From Eledone cirrhosa (lineage: Eukaryota): a DNA stretch of 64,000 nt. A program made the position numbers and the translations under genes. Under the pieces are notes generated by a model. It was not told the origin of the DNA, made no database searches, and was given only the letters and a program-made list of their open reading frames with translations. Below are positions 1-13,300 of this stretch, one piece after another; the stretch's first letter is position 1; every line of letters begins with the position of its first letter. The stretch is from positions 339,760,001 to 339,824,000 of the forward strand of contig OZ024742.1 in NCBI GenBank assembly GCA_964016885.1. The letters are read 5' to 3'.

Positions 1-335
1 ATGCTGCTGCTGATGCTGTTGCGGCTGCTACTGTTATTTTCCTCGTCACTGTTGCTGCTGCTGCTGTTATTACGGCTGCTACTGCTATTATTCATGACGT
101 CAGATGAATGAAATGGGTTTTCGTATTTACCGCACATCTTTTTCGTCGTTGTCATCGTCGTGGAGAAATGTTCCACGTTTTGCACGTGATTTTGGAAACT
201 ATTTTTCTTTACTGGCGTCGCTTGCGAAAGAGAAGGGAGGGAGAGAGACAATTTTCTCTCTGCTGTAGTGACGATTGAGGAAGAAGAAGACGGAATGAGT
301 TGGAGTGACTTGTGAAAATTCTTTTTTGTAGCCAT
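1..335 (-). CDS. Putative first coding exon of an unidentified host gene (Ser/Asn/Thr-rich N-terminus), open to the window edge
   Basis: Hand translation from the ATG at 335 (context aaaacATGG) gives 111 codons with no stop: MATKKNFHKSLQLIPSSSSSIVTTAERKLSLSLPSLSQATPVKKNSFQNHVQNVEHFSTTMTTTKKMCGKYENPFHSSDVMNNSSSSRNNSSSSNSDEENNSSSRNSISSS. No recognisable domain; absent from the ORF track because the stop lies outside the window. Confidence 0.45.
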   Translation of the reverse strand, partial: MATKKNFHKSLQLIPSSSSSIVTTAERKLSLSLPSLSQATPVKKNSFQNHVQNVEHFSTTMTTTKKMCGKYENPFHSSDVMNNSSSSRNNSSSSNSDEENNSSSRNSISSS

Positions 336-568
336 GTTTTTTTTTGTTTTAAAATAAATATTGGGCACAAAACCCTAATAAGTGGTTATTTAATCCCGAA
401 GTGCCAAATAACGGGCAGAAAGACCCCTCTCACGAGGAGGAGGGTGTTTTTGTCTACAATTTGGTTTAAGTTTTAAACAATTTACAATTGTTATAGCGGT
501 TAAACTTTACAATACCTTACAGAGCCGAACCTCCGACAACCATGGCATTCAATAATAATAATAATAAT

Positions 569-1106
569 GATTTCTTTATTGGCCACATGGGCTGACATCA
601 AGAAAAACATTACAGACGGCACAGGACGGTACAGGACGGTACGATGTGGGTTTTGTGTGTGTAAATATTTTTATTATTTATATAAGAAAAGAAAAAAAGA
701 CATAGAAACATATATATATATATAAACAATGAAAATGAAAATTGAAACAATGAAAAATTCCCCAATAGGGGGGAAACCTCCGAGAGTTACTCGTGGAGAA
801 AACCACACAAAAGACCACGGCCACCCTGACCACCAGGAGGAGCGCCCTCTCTTGATTTTTTTCCATTTCTCAAACTACAGACGTATATTCAGAGCGGTCC
901 CATTCACTCGGACCATTCTCGCTACGTTCACCCACCTTTCAACAAACTTGCTAGAAGGCAGCACCTGCCTCTCCACCCTGATTTTCCTCTTCAAGTGAAA
1001 CTTGAAAAAGTTAATGAGGGTTTCGCCGAAGAGGAAAGTGTGTCTTTAACCCTTTCAACCTTGTCCACCACACAATCTCTTTCGCCATGGCCATCAGGCA
1101 GATGAA
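569..1106 (-). mobile_element. 5'-truncated Tx1/L1-clade LINE, ORF2 C-terminus plus 3'UTR
   Basis: Frameshifted ICLMAMAKEIVWWTRLKGL...RKIRVERQVL...ERWVNVARMVRVNG..L* (stop at 875) is homologous to ORFs 27188..27769 and 33585..33941. Shares their 3' terminal motif; (AAT)n on both sides. Confidence 0.85.
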
Positions 1107-1117
1107 TAATAATAATG

Positions 1118-1223
1118 AGAAGAAGAAGAAGAAGAAGAAGAAGAAGAAGAAGAAGAAGAAGAAGAAGAAGAAGAAGAAGAAGAAGAAGAAGAAGAAGAAG
1201 AAGAAGAAGAAGAAGAAGAAGAA
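1118..1223. repeat. (AAG)n microsatellite, about 35 units
   Basis: Directly visible; source of the poly-K and poly-F ORFs. Confidence 0.98.
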
Positions 1224-1389
1224 ATATGTGATTGTCATGGCTAGAACATCGTTGATTAATATGTTTGCTGGATCTGGGTTGAATCGGGGAAAAAAAACAA
1301 CGGCAAACATTAAAACTAAGAAACTATTGGTTTGGCTGTATTTGTGTACGTCTTCGCCATTATGAGTGGCCTTGATTGGAGATATTGAG

Positions 1390-4300
1390 AAACTGTGGCT
1401 ATAATACTGTGAAACTGTGGCTATAGTACTGTGAAACTGTGGCTATAATACTGTGAAACTGGCTATAGTACTGTGAAACTGTGGCTATAATACTGTCAAA
1501 CTGTGGCTATATTACTGTGAAACAATGGCTATAATACTGTGAAACTGGCTATAGTACTGTGAAACTGTGGCTATAATACTGTCAAACTGTGGCTATATTA
1601 CTGTGAAACAATGGCTATAATACTGTCAAACTGTGGCTATATTACTGTGAAACTGTGGCTATAATACTGTCAAACTGTGGCTATATTACTGTGAAACAAT
1701 GGCTATAATACTGTCAAACTGTGGCTATATTACTGTGAAACAATGGCTATAATACTGTCAAACTGTGGCTATAGTACTGTGAAGCAATGGCTATAATACT
1801 GTCAAACTGTGGCTATAGTACTGTGAAACTGTGGCTATAATACTGTCAAACTGTGGCTATATTACTGTGAAACAATGGCTATAATACTGTGAAACTGGCT
1901 ATAGTACTGTGAAACTGTGGCTATAATACTGTCAAACTGTGGCTATATTACTGTGAAACAATGGCTATAATACTGTCAAACTGTGGCTATATTACTGTGA
2001 AACTGTGGCTATAATACTGTCAAACTGTGGCTATATTACTGTGAAACAATGGCTATAATACTGTCAAACTGTGGCTATATTACTGTGAAACAATGGCTAT
2101 AATACTGTCAAACTGTGGCTATAGTACTGTGAAGCAATGGCTATAATACTGTCAAACTGTGGCTATAGTACTGTGAAACTGTGGCTATAATACTGTCAAA
2201 CTGTGGCTATATTACTGTGAAACAATGGCTCTAATACTGTGAAACTGGCTATAGTACTGTGAAACTGTGGCTATAATACTGTCAAACTGTGGCTATATTA
2301 CTGTGAAACAATGGCTATAATACTGTGAAACTGGCTATAGTACTGTGAAACTGTGGCTATAATACTGTCAAACTGTGGCTATATTACTGTGAAACAATGG
2401 CTATAATACTGTCAAACTGTGGCTATAGTACTGTGAAGCAATGGCTATAATACTGTCAAACTGTGGCTATAGTACTGTGAAACTGTGGCTATAATACTGT
2501 CAAACTGTGGCTATATTACTGTGAAACAATGGCTATAATACTGTCAAACTGTGGCTATATTACTGTGAAACAATGGCTCTAATACTGTGAAACTGGCTAT
2601 AGTACTGTGAAACTGTGGCTATAATACTGTCAAACTGTGGCTATATTACTGTGAAACAATGGCTATAATACTGTGAAACTGGCTATAGTACTGTGAAACT
2701 GTGGCTATAATACTGTCAAACTGTGGCTATATTACTGTGAAACAATGGCTATAATACTGTCAAACTGTGGCTATAGTACTGTGAAGCAATGGCTATAATA
2801 CTGTCAAACTGTGGCTATAGTACTGTGAAACTGTGGCTATAATACTGTCAAACTGTGGCTATATTACTGTGAAACAATGGCTCTAATACTGTGAAACTGG
2901 CTATAGTACTGTGAAACTGTGGCTATAATACTGTCAAACTGTGGCTATATTACTGTGAAACAATGGCTATAATACTGTCAAACTGTGGCTATAGTACTGT
3001 GAAGCAATGGCTATAATACTGTCAAACTGTGGCTATGGTACTGTGAAACAATGGCTATAATACTGTCAAACTGTGGCTATATTACTGTGAAACAATGGCT
3101 ATAATACTGTCAAACTGTGGCTATATTACTGTGAAACTGTGGCTATAATACTGTCAAACTGTGGCTATATTACTGTGAAACTGTGGCTATAATACTGTCA
3201 AACTGTGGCTATATTACTGTGAAACAATGGCTATAATACTGTCAAACTGTGGCTATATTACTGTGAAACTGAGGCTATAATACTGTCAAACTGTGGCTAT
3301 ATTACTGTGAAACAATGGCTATAATACTGTCAAACTGTGGCTATATTACTGTGAAACAATGGCTATAATACTGTCAAACTGTGGCTATATTACTGTGAAA
3401 CTGTGGCTATAATACTGTGAAACAATGGCTATAATACTGTCAAACTGTGGCTATATTACTGTGAAACAATGGCTATAATACTGTCAAACTGTGGCTATAT
3501 TACTGTGAAACTGTGGCTATAATACTGTCAAACTGTGGCTATATTACTGTGAAACAATGGCTATAATACTGTCAAACTGTGGCTATATTACTGTGAAACA
3601 ATGGCTATAATACTGTCAAACTGTGGCTATATTACTGTGAAACAATGGCTATAATACTGTCAAACTGTGGCTATATTACTGTGAAACAATGGCTATAATA
3701 CTGTCAAACTGTGGCTATATTACTGTGAAACTGTGGCTATAATACTGTCAAACTGTGGCTATATTACTGTGAAACAATGGCTATAATACTGTCAAACTGT
3801 GGCTATATTACTGTGAAACAATGGCTATAATACTGTCAAACTGTGGCTATATTACTGTGAAACTGTGGCTATAATACTGTCAAACTGTGGCTATATTACT
3901 GTGAAACAATGGCTATAATACTGTCAAACTGTGGCTATATTACTGTGAAACAATGGCTATAATACTGTCAAACTGTGGCTATATTACTGTGAAACAATGG
4001 CTATAATACTGTCAAACTGTGGCTATATTACTGTGAAACAATGGCTATAATACTGTCAAACTGTGGCTATATTACTGTGAAACAATGGCTATAATACTGT
4101 CAAACTGTGGCTATAGTACTGTGAAACAATGGCTATAAGACTGTCAAACTGTGGCTATAGTACTGTGAAACAATGGCTATAATACTGTCAAACTGTGGCT
4201 ATATTACTGTGAAAGAATGGCTATAATACTGTCAAACTGTGGCTATATTACTGTGAAACAATGGCTATAATACTGTCAAACTGTGGCTATATTACTGTGA

Positions 4301-7300
4301 AACAATGGCTATAATACTGTCAAACTGTGGCTATATTACTGTGAAACAATGGCTATAATACTGTCAAACTGTGGCTATAGTACTGTGAAACAATGGCTAT
4401 AATACTGTCAAACTGTGGCTATATTACTGTGAAACAATGGCTATAATACTGTCAAACTGTGGCTATAGTACTGTGAAACAATGGCTATAATACTGTCAAA
4501 CTGTGGCTATATTACTGTGAAACAATGGCTATAATACTGTCAAACTGTGGCTATATTACTGTGAAACTGTGGCTATAGTACTGTGAAAGTGTGGCTATAG
4601 TTCTGTGAAACTGGCTATAATACTGTGATACTGTGGCTATAATATTGTGAAACTGTCTATAATACTGTGAAACTGTGGCTCTAATACTGTGGAAATGTGG
4701 ATATAATACTGTGAAACTGTGGCTATAATACTGTGAAACTCTGGCTATAATACTGTGAAACTATAGCTATAATACTGTGAAACTGTGGCTATAATACTGT
4801 GAAACTGTGGCTATAATACTGTGAAACTATAGCTATAATACTGTGAAACTGTGGCTATAATACTGTGAAACTGTGGCTATAATACTGTGAAACTGGCTAT
4901 AATACTGTGAAACTGGCTATAATACTGTGAAACTGTGGCTAAAATACTGTGAAACTGTGGCTTTAATAGTTCGAAAATGTGGCTATATTACTGTGAAAGT
5001 GTGGCCATAATACTGTGAAACAGTGGCTATAGTAATGTGAAACTATGGCTAAAATACTGTGAAAGTGTGGCTATATTACTGTGAAACTGGCTATAATACT
5101 GTGAAACTGTGACTATCATATTGTGAAACTGTGGCTATAATACTGTGAAACTGTGGCTATAATAGTGTGAAACTATGGCTATAATACTGTGAAACTCTGG
5201 CTATAATAGTGTGAAAATGTGGTTATATTACTGTGAAAGTGTGACTATAGTACTGTGAACCTGTGACTATAATACTGTGTAACTGTGGCTATAATACTGT
5301 GAAACTATGGCTATAATACTGTGAAACTGTGGCTATAATACTGTGATACTGTAGCTATAATACTGTGAAACTGTGGCCATAATACTGTGAAACTGGCTAT
5401 AATACTGTGAAATTGTGGTTCTAATACAGTGAAAATGTGGCTATAATATGTTAAAACTATGTTTATAATACTGTGAAATTGTGGCTATAATACTGTGAAG
5501 CTGTGGCTACAGTACTGTGAAACTTTGGCTTAAATACTGGGAAGTTGTGGCTATAATACTGTTAATCTGTGGCTATAATACTATGAAACTATGGCTATAA
5601 TACTGTGAAACTGTGGCTATAATACTGTGAAATTATGGCTATAATACTGTGAAACTTTGGCTATGATCCTATGAAACTATGGCTATAATCCTGTGATACT
5701 GTGGCTATATTACCGTGAAAGGGAGGCTATAATACTGTGAAAGTGTGGCTACAATACTGTGATACTATGGCTAAAATATTGTGAAACTGTGGCTATAATA
5801 CTGTGAAACTGTGGCTATAATACTGTGAAACTAGCTATAATACTGTGAAACTGTGTCTATAATACTGTGAAACTGTGGCTATAATACTGTGAAACTAGCT
5901 ATAATACTGTGAAACAGTGTCTATAATACTGTGATACTGTGGCTATAATACTGTGAAACAGTGTCTATAATACTGTAAAACTATGTCTATAATACTGTGA
6001 AACTGTGTCTATAATACTGTGAAACTGTGGCTATAATACTGTGAAACTGTGTCTATAGTACCGTGTAACTGTGGCTATAATACTGTGAAATTGTGGCTCT
6101 ATTACTGTGAAACTGTTGCTATAATACTGTAAAACTATCTTTATAATACTGTGAAACTGTGGCTATAATACTGTGAAACTGTGGCTATAATACTGTGTAA
6201 CTGTGGCTATATTACTGTGAAACTCTGGCTAAAATACTGTGAAACTGTGACTATAGTACCGTGTAACTGTGGCTATAATACTGTGAAATTGTGGCTCTAT
6301 TACTGTTAAACTGTTGCTATAATACTGTAAAACTATCTTTATAATACTGTGAAACTGTGGCTATAATACTGTGAAACTGTGGCTATAATACTGTGAAACT
6401 GTGGCTATATTACTGTGAAACTATGGCTATAATACTGTGAAACTGTGGCTATATTACTGTGAAACTCTGGCTAAAATACTGTGAAACTATGGCTATAATA
6501 ATGTGAAACTATGGCTATCATACTGTGAAACTGTGGCTATAATACTGTGAAAGTATGGCTATAGAACTGAGAAACAATTGTTATGATACTGTGAAACTGT
6601 GGATATATTACTGTGAAACTATGGCTAAAATATTGTGAAACTATGACTATAATAAAGTGAATCTTGGTTATAATACTGTGAAACTGTGGCTATAATACAC
6701 GGGATACTGGCTATAATACAGTGAAACTAGCTATGATAATGTGAAACTGGCTATAAGACTGTGAAACTCTGACTATAATATTGTGAAACTGTGCCTATAA
6801 TACTGTGAAACTGTGGCTATTATACTGTGAAACTATGGCTATAATACTGTGAATCTGTGGCTATAATAATGTGAAACTGTGGCTATAATACTGAGAAACT
6901 GTGGCTATAATACAGTGAAACTCTGACTATAATACTGTGAAACCGTGGCTATAATACTGTAAAACTATGTTTATAATACTGTGAAACTTTGGCTCTAATA
7001 CCGTGAAACTGTGGTTATAATACAGTGAAACTGTGGCTAGAGTACTGTAAAACTGTGGCTATAATACCGTGAAACTGTGGTTATAATACAGTGAAACTGT
7101 GGCTAGAGTACCGTGAAACTGTGGCTATAATACCGTGAAACTGTGGTTATAATACAGTGAAACTGTGGCTAGAGTACTGTAAAACTGGCTATAATACTGT
7201 GAAACTGTTCTTCTAATACTGTGAATATATGGCTATATTACTGTAAAACTGTGGATGTAATACTGTGAAACTCTTGCTATAATACTGTGAAACTGTGGCT

Positions 7301-10300
7301 ATAATACTGTGAAACTATGGCTATAAAATTGTGCAACTATTGCTATATTACTGTGAATCTGTCACTACGATAATGTGAAATTGTGGCTATAATACTGTGA
7401 AACTGTGGCTATATTACTGTGAACCTATGGCTATAGTACTGTGAAACTGTGGCTAAAATACTGTGAAACTATGGCTAAAATACTGTGAAACTATGGCTAT
7501 AGTACTGTGATACTATGTTTAAAATACTGTGAAACTGTGGATGTAATACTGTGAAACTGGCTATAATACTGTGAAACTGTGGCTATAATACTGTGAAACT
7601 GTGGCTATAATACTGTGAAACTGTGGCTAAAATACTGTGAAACTATGGCTATAGTACTGTGATACTATGTTTAAAATACTGTGAAACTGTGGCTATAATA
7701 CTGTGAAACAGTGTCTATAATACTGTGAAACTGTGGCTATAATACTGTTAAACTGTGGCTATAATACTGTGAACATATGGCTATAATACTGTTAAAATGT
7801 GGCTATAATACTGTGAAACTATGGCTATAATACTGTGAAACTATGGCTATAATACTGTGACACTATGGCTATAATACAGTTAAACTGTGGCTATGATATT
7901 GTGAAACAGTCGCTATTATACTGTGAAACTGTGTCTATAATACTGTGAAACTGTGGTTCTAATACTGTGAAACTATGGCTATATTACTGTGAAACTATGG
8001 CTATAATACTGTGAAATTGTGGCTCTATTACTGTGAAACTGTTGCTATAATATTGTGAAACTGTGGCTATAATACTGTGAAACTGTGGCTATAATACTGT
8101 GAAACTCTGGCTAAAATACTGTGAAACTATGGCTATAATAATGTGAAACTATGGCTATCATACTGTGAAACTGTGGCTATAATACTGTGAAAGTATGGCT
8201 ATAGAACTGTGAAACTATGGTTATGATACTGTGAAACTGTGGATATATTACTGTGAAACTATGGCTAAAATATTGTGAAACTATGACTATAATAAAGTGA
8301 ATCTTCGTTATAATACTGTGAAACTGTGGCTATAATACACGGGATACTGGCTATAATACAGTGAAACTAGCTGTGATAATGTGAAACTGGCTATAATACT
8401 GTGAAACTCTGACTATAATATTGGGAAACTGTGCCTATAATACTGTGAAACTGTGGCTATTATACTGTGAAACTCTGAATATAATATTGGGAAACTGTGC
8501 CTATAATACTGTGAAACTGTGGCTATAATAATGTGAAACTGTGGCTATAATACTGTGAAACTGTGGCTATAATACAGTGAAACTCTGACTATAATACTGT
8601 GAAACCGTGGCTATAATACTGTAAAACTATGTTTATAATACTGTGAAACTTTGGCTCTAGTACCGTGAAACTGTGGGTATAATACTGTGAAACTGTGGCT
8701 AGAGTACTGTAAAACTGGCTATAATACTGTGAAACTGTTCTTCTAATACTGTGAATATATGGCTATATTACTGTAAAACTGTGGATGTAATACTGTGAAA
8801 CTGTGGCTATAATACTGTGAAACTGTGGCTATAATACTGTGAAACTCTTGCTATAATACTGTGAAACTGTGGCTATAATACTCTGAAACTCTTGCTATAA
8901 TACTGTGAAACTGTGGCTATAATACTGTGAAACTCTTGCTATAATACTGTGAAACTGTGGCTATAATACTGTGAAACTCTTGCTATAATACTGTGAAACT
9001 GCGGCTATAATACTGTGAAACTGTGGCTATAATACTGTGAAACTCTGGCTATAAAATTGTGCAACTATTGCTACATTACTGTGAAACTGTCGCTACGATA
9101 ATGTGAAAATGTGGCTATAATACTGTGAAACTGGCTATAATACTGTGAAACTATGGCTATAATACTGTTAATCTATGGCTATAATACTGTGAAACTGTGG
9201 CTATAATACTGTGAAACTGTAGCTATAATACTGTGAAACTGTGGCTATAAAACTGTGAAATTATGGCTATAATATTGTGATACTATGGCTATAGTACTGT
9301 GACACTGTGGCTAAAATACTGTGAAACTGTGGCTAAAATACTGTGATACTATGGCTATAGTACTGTGATACTATGTCTAAAATACTGTGAAACTGTGGCT
9401 ATAATACTGTGAAACTGTGGCTATAATACTGTGAAACTGTCGATGTAATACTGTGAAACTGGCTATAATACTGTCAAACTGTGACGATAATACTGTTAAA
9501 CTGTGGCTATAATACTGTGAAACTATGGCTATAATACTGTGAAACAGTGTCTATAATACTGTGAAACTGTGACTATAATACTGTTAAAATGTGGCTATAA
9601 TACTGTGAAACTGTGGCTATAATACAGTTAAACTGTGGCTATGATATTGTGAAACAGTCGCTATTATACTGTGAAACTGTGTCTATAATACTGTGAAACT
9701 GTGGTTCTAATACTTTGAAACTGTGGCTATAACACTGTGAAACTGTGGTTCTAATACTGTGAAACTGTGTCTATAATACTGTGAAACTGTGTCTATAATA
9801 CTGTGAAACTGTGGCTACAATAATGTGAAAGTATGGCTATAGAACTGAGAAACAATTGTTATGATACTGTGAAACTGTGGATATATTACTGTGAAACTAT
9901 GGCTAAAATATTGTGAAACTATGACTATAATAAAGTGAATCTTGGTTATAATACTGTGAAACAGTGTCTATAATACTGTAAAACTGTGTCTATAATACTG
10001 TGAAACTGTGGCTATAATACTGTGAAACTGTGGCTATAATACTGTGATGCTATGGTTGTAATACTGTGAAACTATGGCTATACTACTGTGAAACTGTGGC
10101 TATAACACTGTGATACTGTGGCTATAATACTGTGAAACTATGGCTATAATACTGTGAAACTATGGCTATAATACTGTGAAACTGTGGCTATATTACTGTG
10201 AAACTCTGGTTAAAATACTGTGAAACTATGACCATAATAAAGTGAATCTTGGTTATAATACTGTGAAACTGTGGCTATAATACACGGGATACTGGCTATA

Positions 10301-13300
10301 ATACAGTGAAACAAGCTATGATAATGTGAAACTGGCTATAAGACTGTGAAACTCTGACTATAATATTGTGAAACTGTGCCTATAATACTCTGAAACTGTG
10401 GATATTATACTGTGAAACTATGGCTATAATACTGTGAAACTATGTTTATAATACTGTGAAACTGTGGCTATTATACTGTGAAACTATGGCTATAATACTG
10501 TGAATCTGTGGCTATAATAATGTGAAACTGTGGCTATAATACTGAGAAACTGTGGCTATAATACAGTGAAACTCTGACTATAATACTGTGAAACCGTGGC
10601 TATAATACTGTAAAACTATGTTTATAATACTGTGAAACTTTGGCTCTAATACCGTGGAATTGTGGTTATAATACCGTGAAACTGTGGGTATAATACAGTG
10701 AAACTGTGGCTAGAGTACTGTAAAACTGGCTATAATACTGTGAAACTGTTCTTCTAATACTGTGAATATATGGCTATATTACTGTAAAACTGTGGATGTA
10801 ATACTGTGAAACTGTGGCTATAATACTGTGAAACTGTGGCTATAATACTGTGAAACTCTTGCTATAATACTGTGAAACTGTGGCTATAATACTGTGAAAC
10901 TCTTGCTATAATACTGTGAAACTGTGGCTATATTACTGTGAATCTGTCACTACGATAATGTGAAATTGTGGCTATAATACTGTGAAACTGTGGCTATATT
11001 ACTGTGAACCTATGGCTATAGTACTGTGAAACTGTGGCTAAAATACTGTGAAACTGTGGCTAACATACTGTGAAACTATGGCTATAGTACTGTGATACTA
11101 TGTTTAAAATACTGTGAAACTGTGGATGTAATACTGTGAAACTGGCTATAATACTGTGAAACTGTGGCTATAATACTGTGAAACTGTGGCTATAATACTG
11201 TGAAACTGTGGCTATAATACTGTGAAACTGTGGCTAAAATACTGTGAAACTATGGCTATAGTACTGTGATACTATGTTTAAAATACTGTGAAACTGTGGC
11301 TATAATACTGTGAAACAGTGTCTATAATACTGTGAAACTGTGGCTATAATACTGTTAAACTGTGGCTATAATACTGTGAACATATGGCTATAATACTGTT
11401 AAAATGTGGCTATAATACTGTGAAACTATGGCTATAATACTGTGAAATTGTCGCTGTAATACGGTGAAACTGTGGCTATAATACTGTGAACATATGGCTA
11501 TATTACTGTGAAAAAGTGGCTATAATACTGTGACACTATGGCTATAATACAGTTAAACTGTGGCTATGATATTGTGAAACACTCGCTATTATACTGTGAA
11601 ACTGTGTCTATAATACTGTGAAACTGTGGTTCTAATACTGTGAAACTTTGGCTATATTACTGTGAAACTATGGCTATAATACTGTGAAATTGTGGCTCTA
11701 TTACTGTGAAACTGTTGCTATAATATTGTGAAACTGTGGCTATAATACTGTGAAACTCTGGCTAAAATACTGTGAAACTATGGCTATAATAATGTGAAAC
11801 TATGGCTATCATACTGTGAAAATGTGGCTATAATACTGTGAAAGTATGGCTATAGAACTGTGAAACTATGGTTATGATACTGTGAAACTGTGGATATGTT
11901 ACTGTGAAACTATGGCTAAAATATTGTGAAACTATGACTATAATAAAGTGAATCTTGGTTATAATACTGTGAAACTGTGGCTATAATACACGGGATACTG
12001 GCTATAATACAGTGAAACTAGCTGTGATAATGTGAAACTGGCTATAATACTGTGAAACTCTGACTATAATATTGGGAAACTGTGCCTATAATACTGTGAA
12101 ACTGTGGCTATTATACTGTGAAACTCTGACTATAATATTGGGAAACTGTGCCTATAATACTGTGAAACTGGCTATAATACTGTGAAACTCTGACTATAAT
12201 ATTGGGAAACTGTACCTATAATACTGTGAAACTGTGGCTATTATACTGTGAAACTATGGCTATAATACTGTGAAACATAGCTATAATACTGTGAATCTGT
12301 GGCTATAATAATGTGAAACTGTGGCTATAATACTGTGAAACTGTGGCTATAATACAGTGAAACTCTCACTATAATACTGTGAAACCGTGGCTATAATACT
12401 GTAAAACTATGTTTATAATACTGTGAAACTTTGGCTCTAGTACCGTGAAACTGTGGGTATAATACTGTGAAACTGTGGCTAGAGTACTGTAAAACTGGCT
12501 ATAATACTGTGAAACTGTTCTTCTAATACTGTGAATATATGGCTATATTACTGTAAAACTGTGGATGTAATACTGTGAAACTCTGGCTATAATACTGTGA
12601 AACTGTGGCTATAATACTGTGAAACTCTTGCTATAATACTGTGAAACTGTGGCTATAATACTGTGAAACTCTTGCTATAATACTGTGAAACTGTGGCTAT
12701 AATACTGTGAAACTCTTGCTATAATACTGTGAAACTGTGGCTATAATACTGTGAAACTCTTGCTATAATACTGTGAAACTGCGGCTATAATACTGTGAAA
12801 CTGTGGCTATAATACTGTGAAACTCTGGCTATAAAATTGTGCAACTATTGCTACATTACTGTGAAACTGTCGCTACGATAATGTGAAAATGTGGCTATAA
12901 TACTGTGAAACTGTGGCTATAATACTGTTAAAATGTGGCTATAATACTGTGAAACTGGCTATAATACTGTGAAACTATGGCTATAATACTGTTAATCTAT
13001 GGCTATAATACTGTGAAACTGTGGCTATAATACTGTGAAACTGTAGCTATAATACTGTGAAACTGTGGCTATAAAACTGTGAAATTATGGCTATAATACT
13101 GTGAAACTGTAGCTATAATACTGTGAAACTGTGGCTATAAAACTGTGAAATTATGGCTATAATATTGTGACACTATAGCTATAGTACTGTGACACTGTGG
13201 CTAAAATACTGTGAAACTGTGGCTAAAATAATGTGATACTATGGCTATAGTACTGTGATACTATGTCTAAAATACTGTGATACTATGTCTAAAATACTGT

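Noticed and set aside
1350-1380. CCAAT box plus YY1-like ATGGCG on the minus strand as promoter of the edge gene
   Set aside because: Short motifs expected by chance; no transcript evidence.
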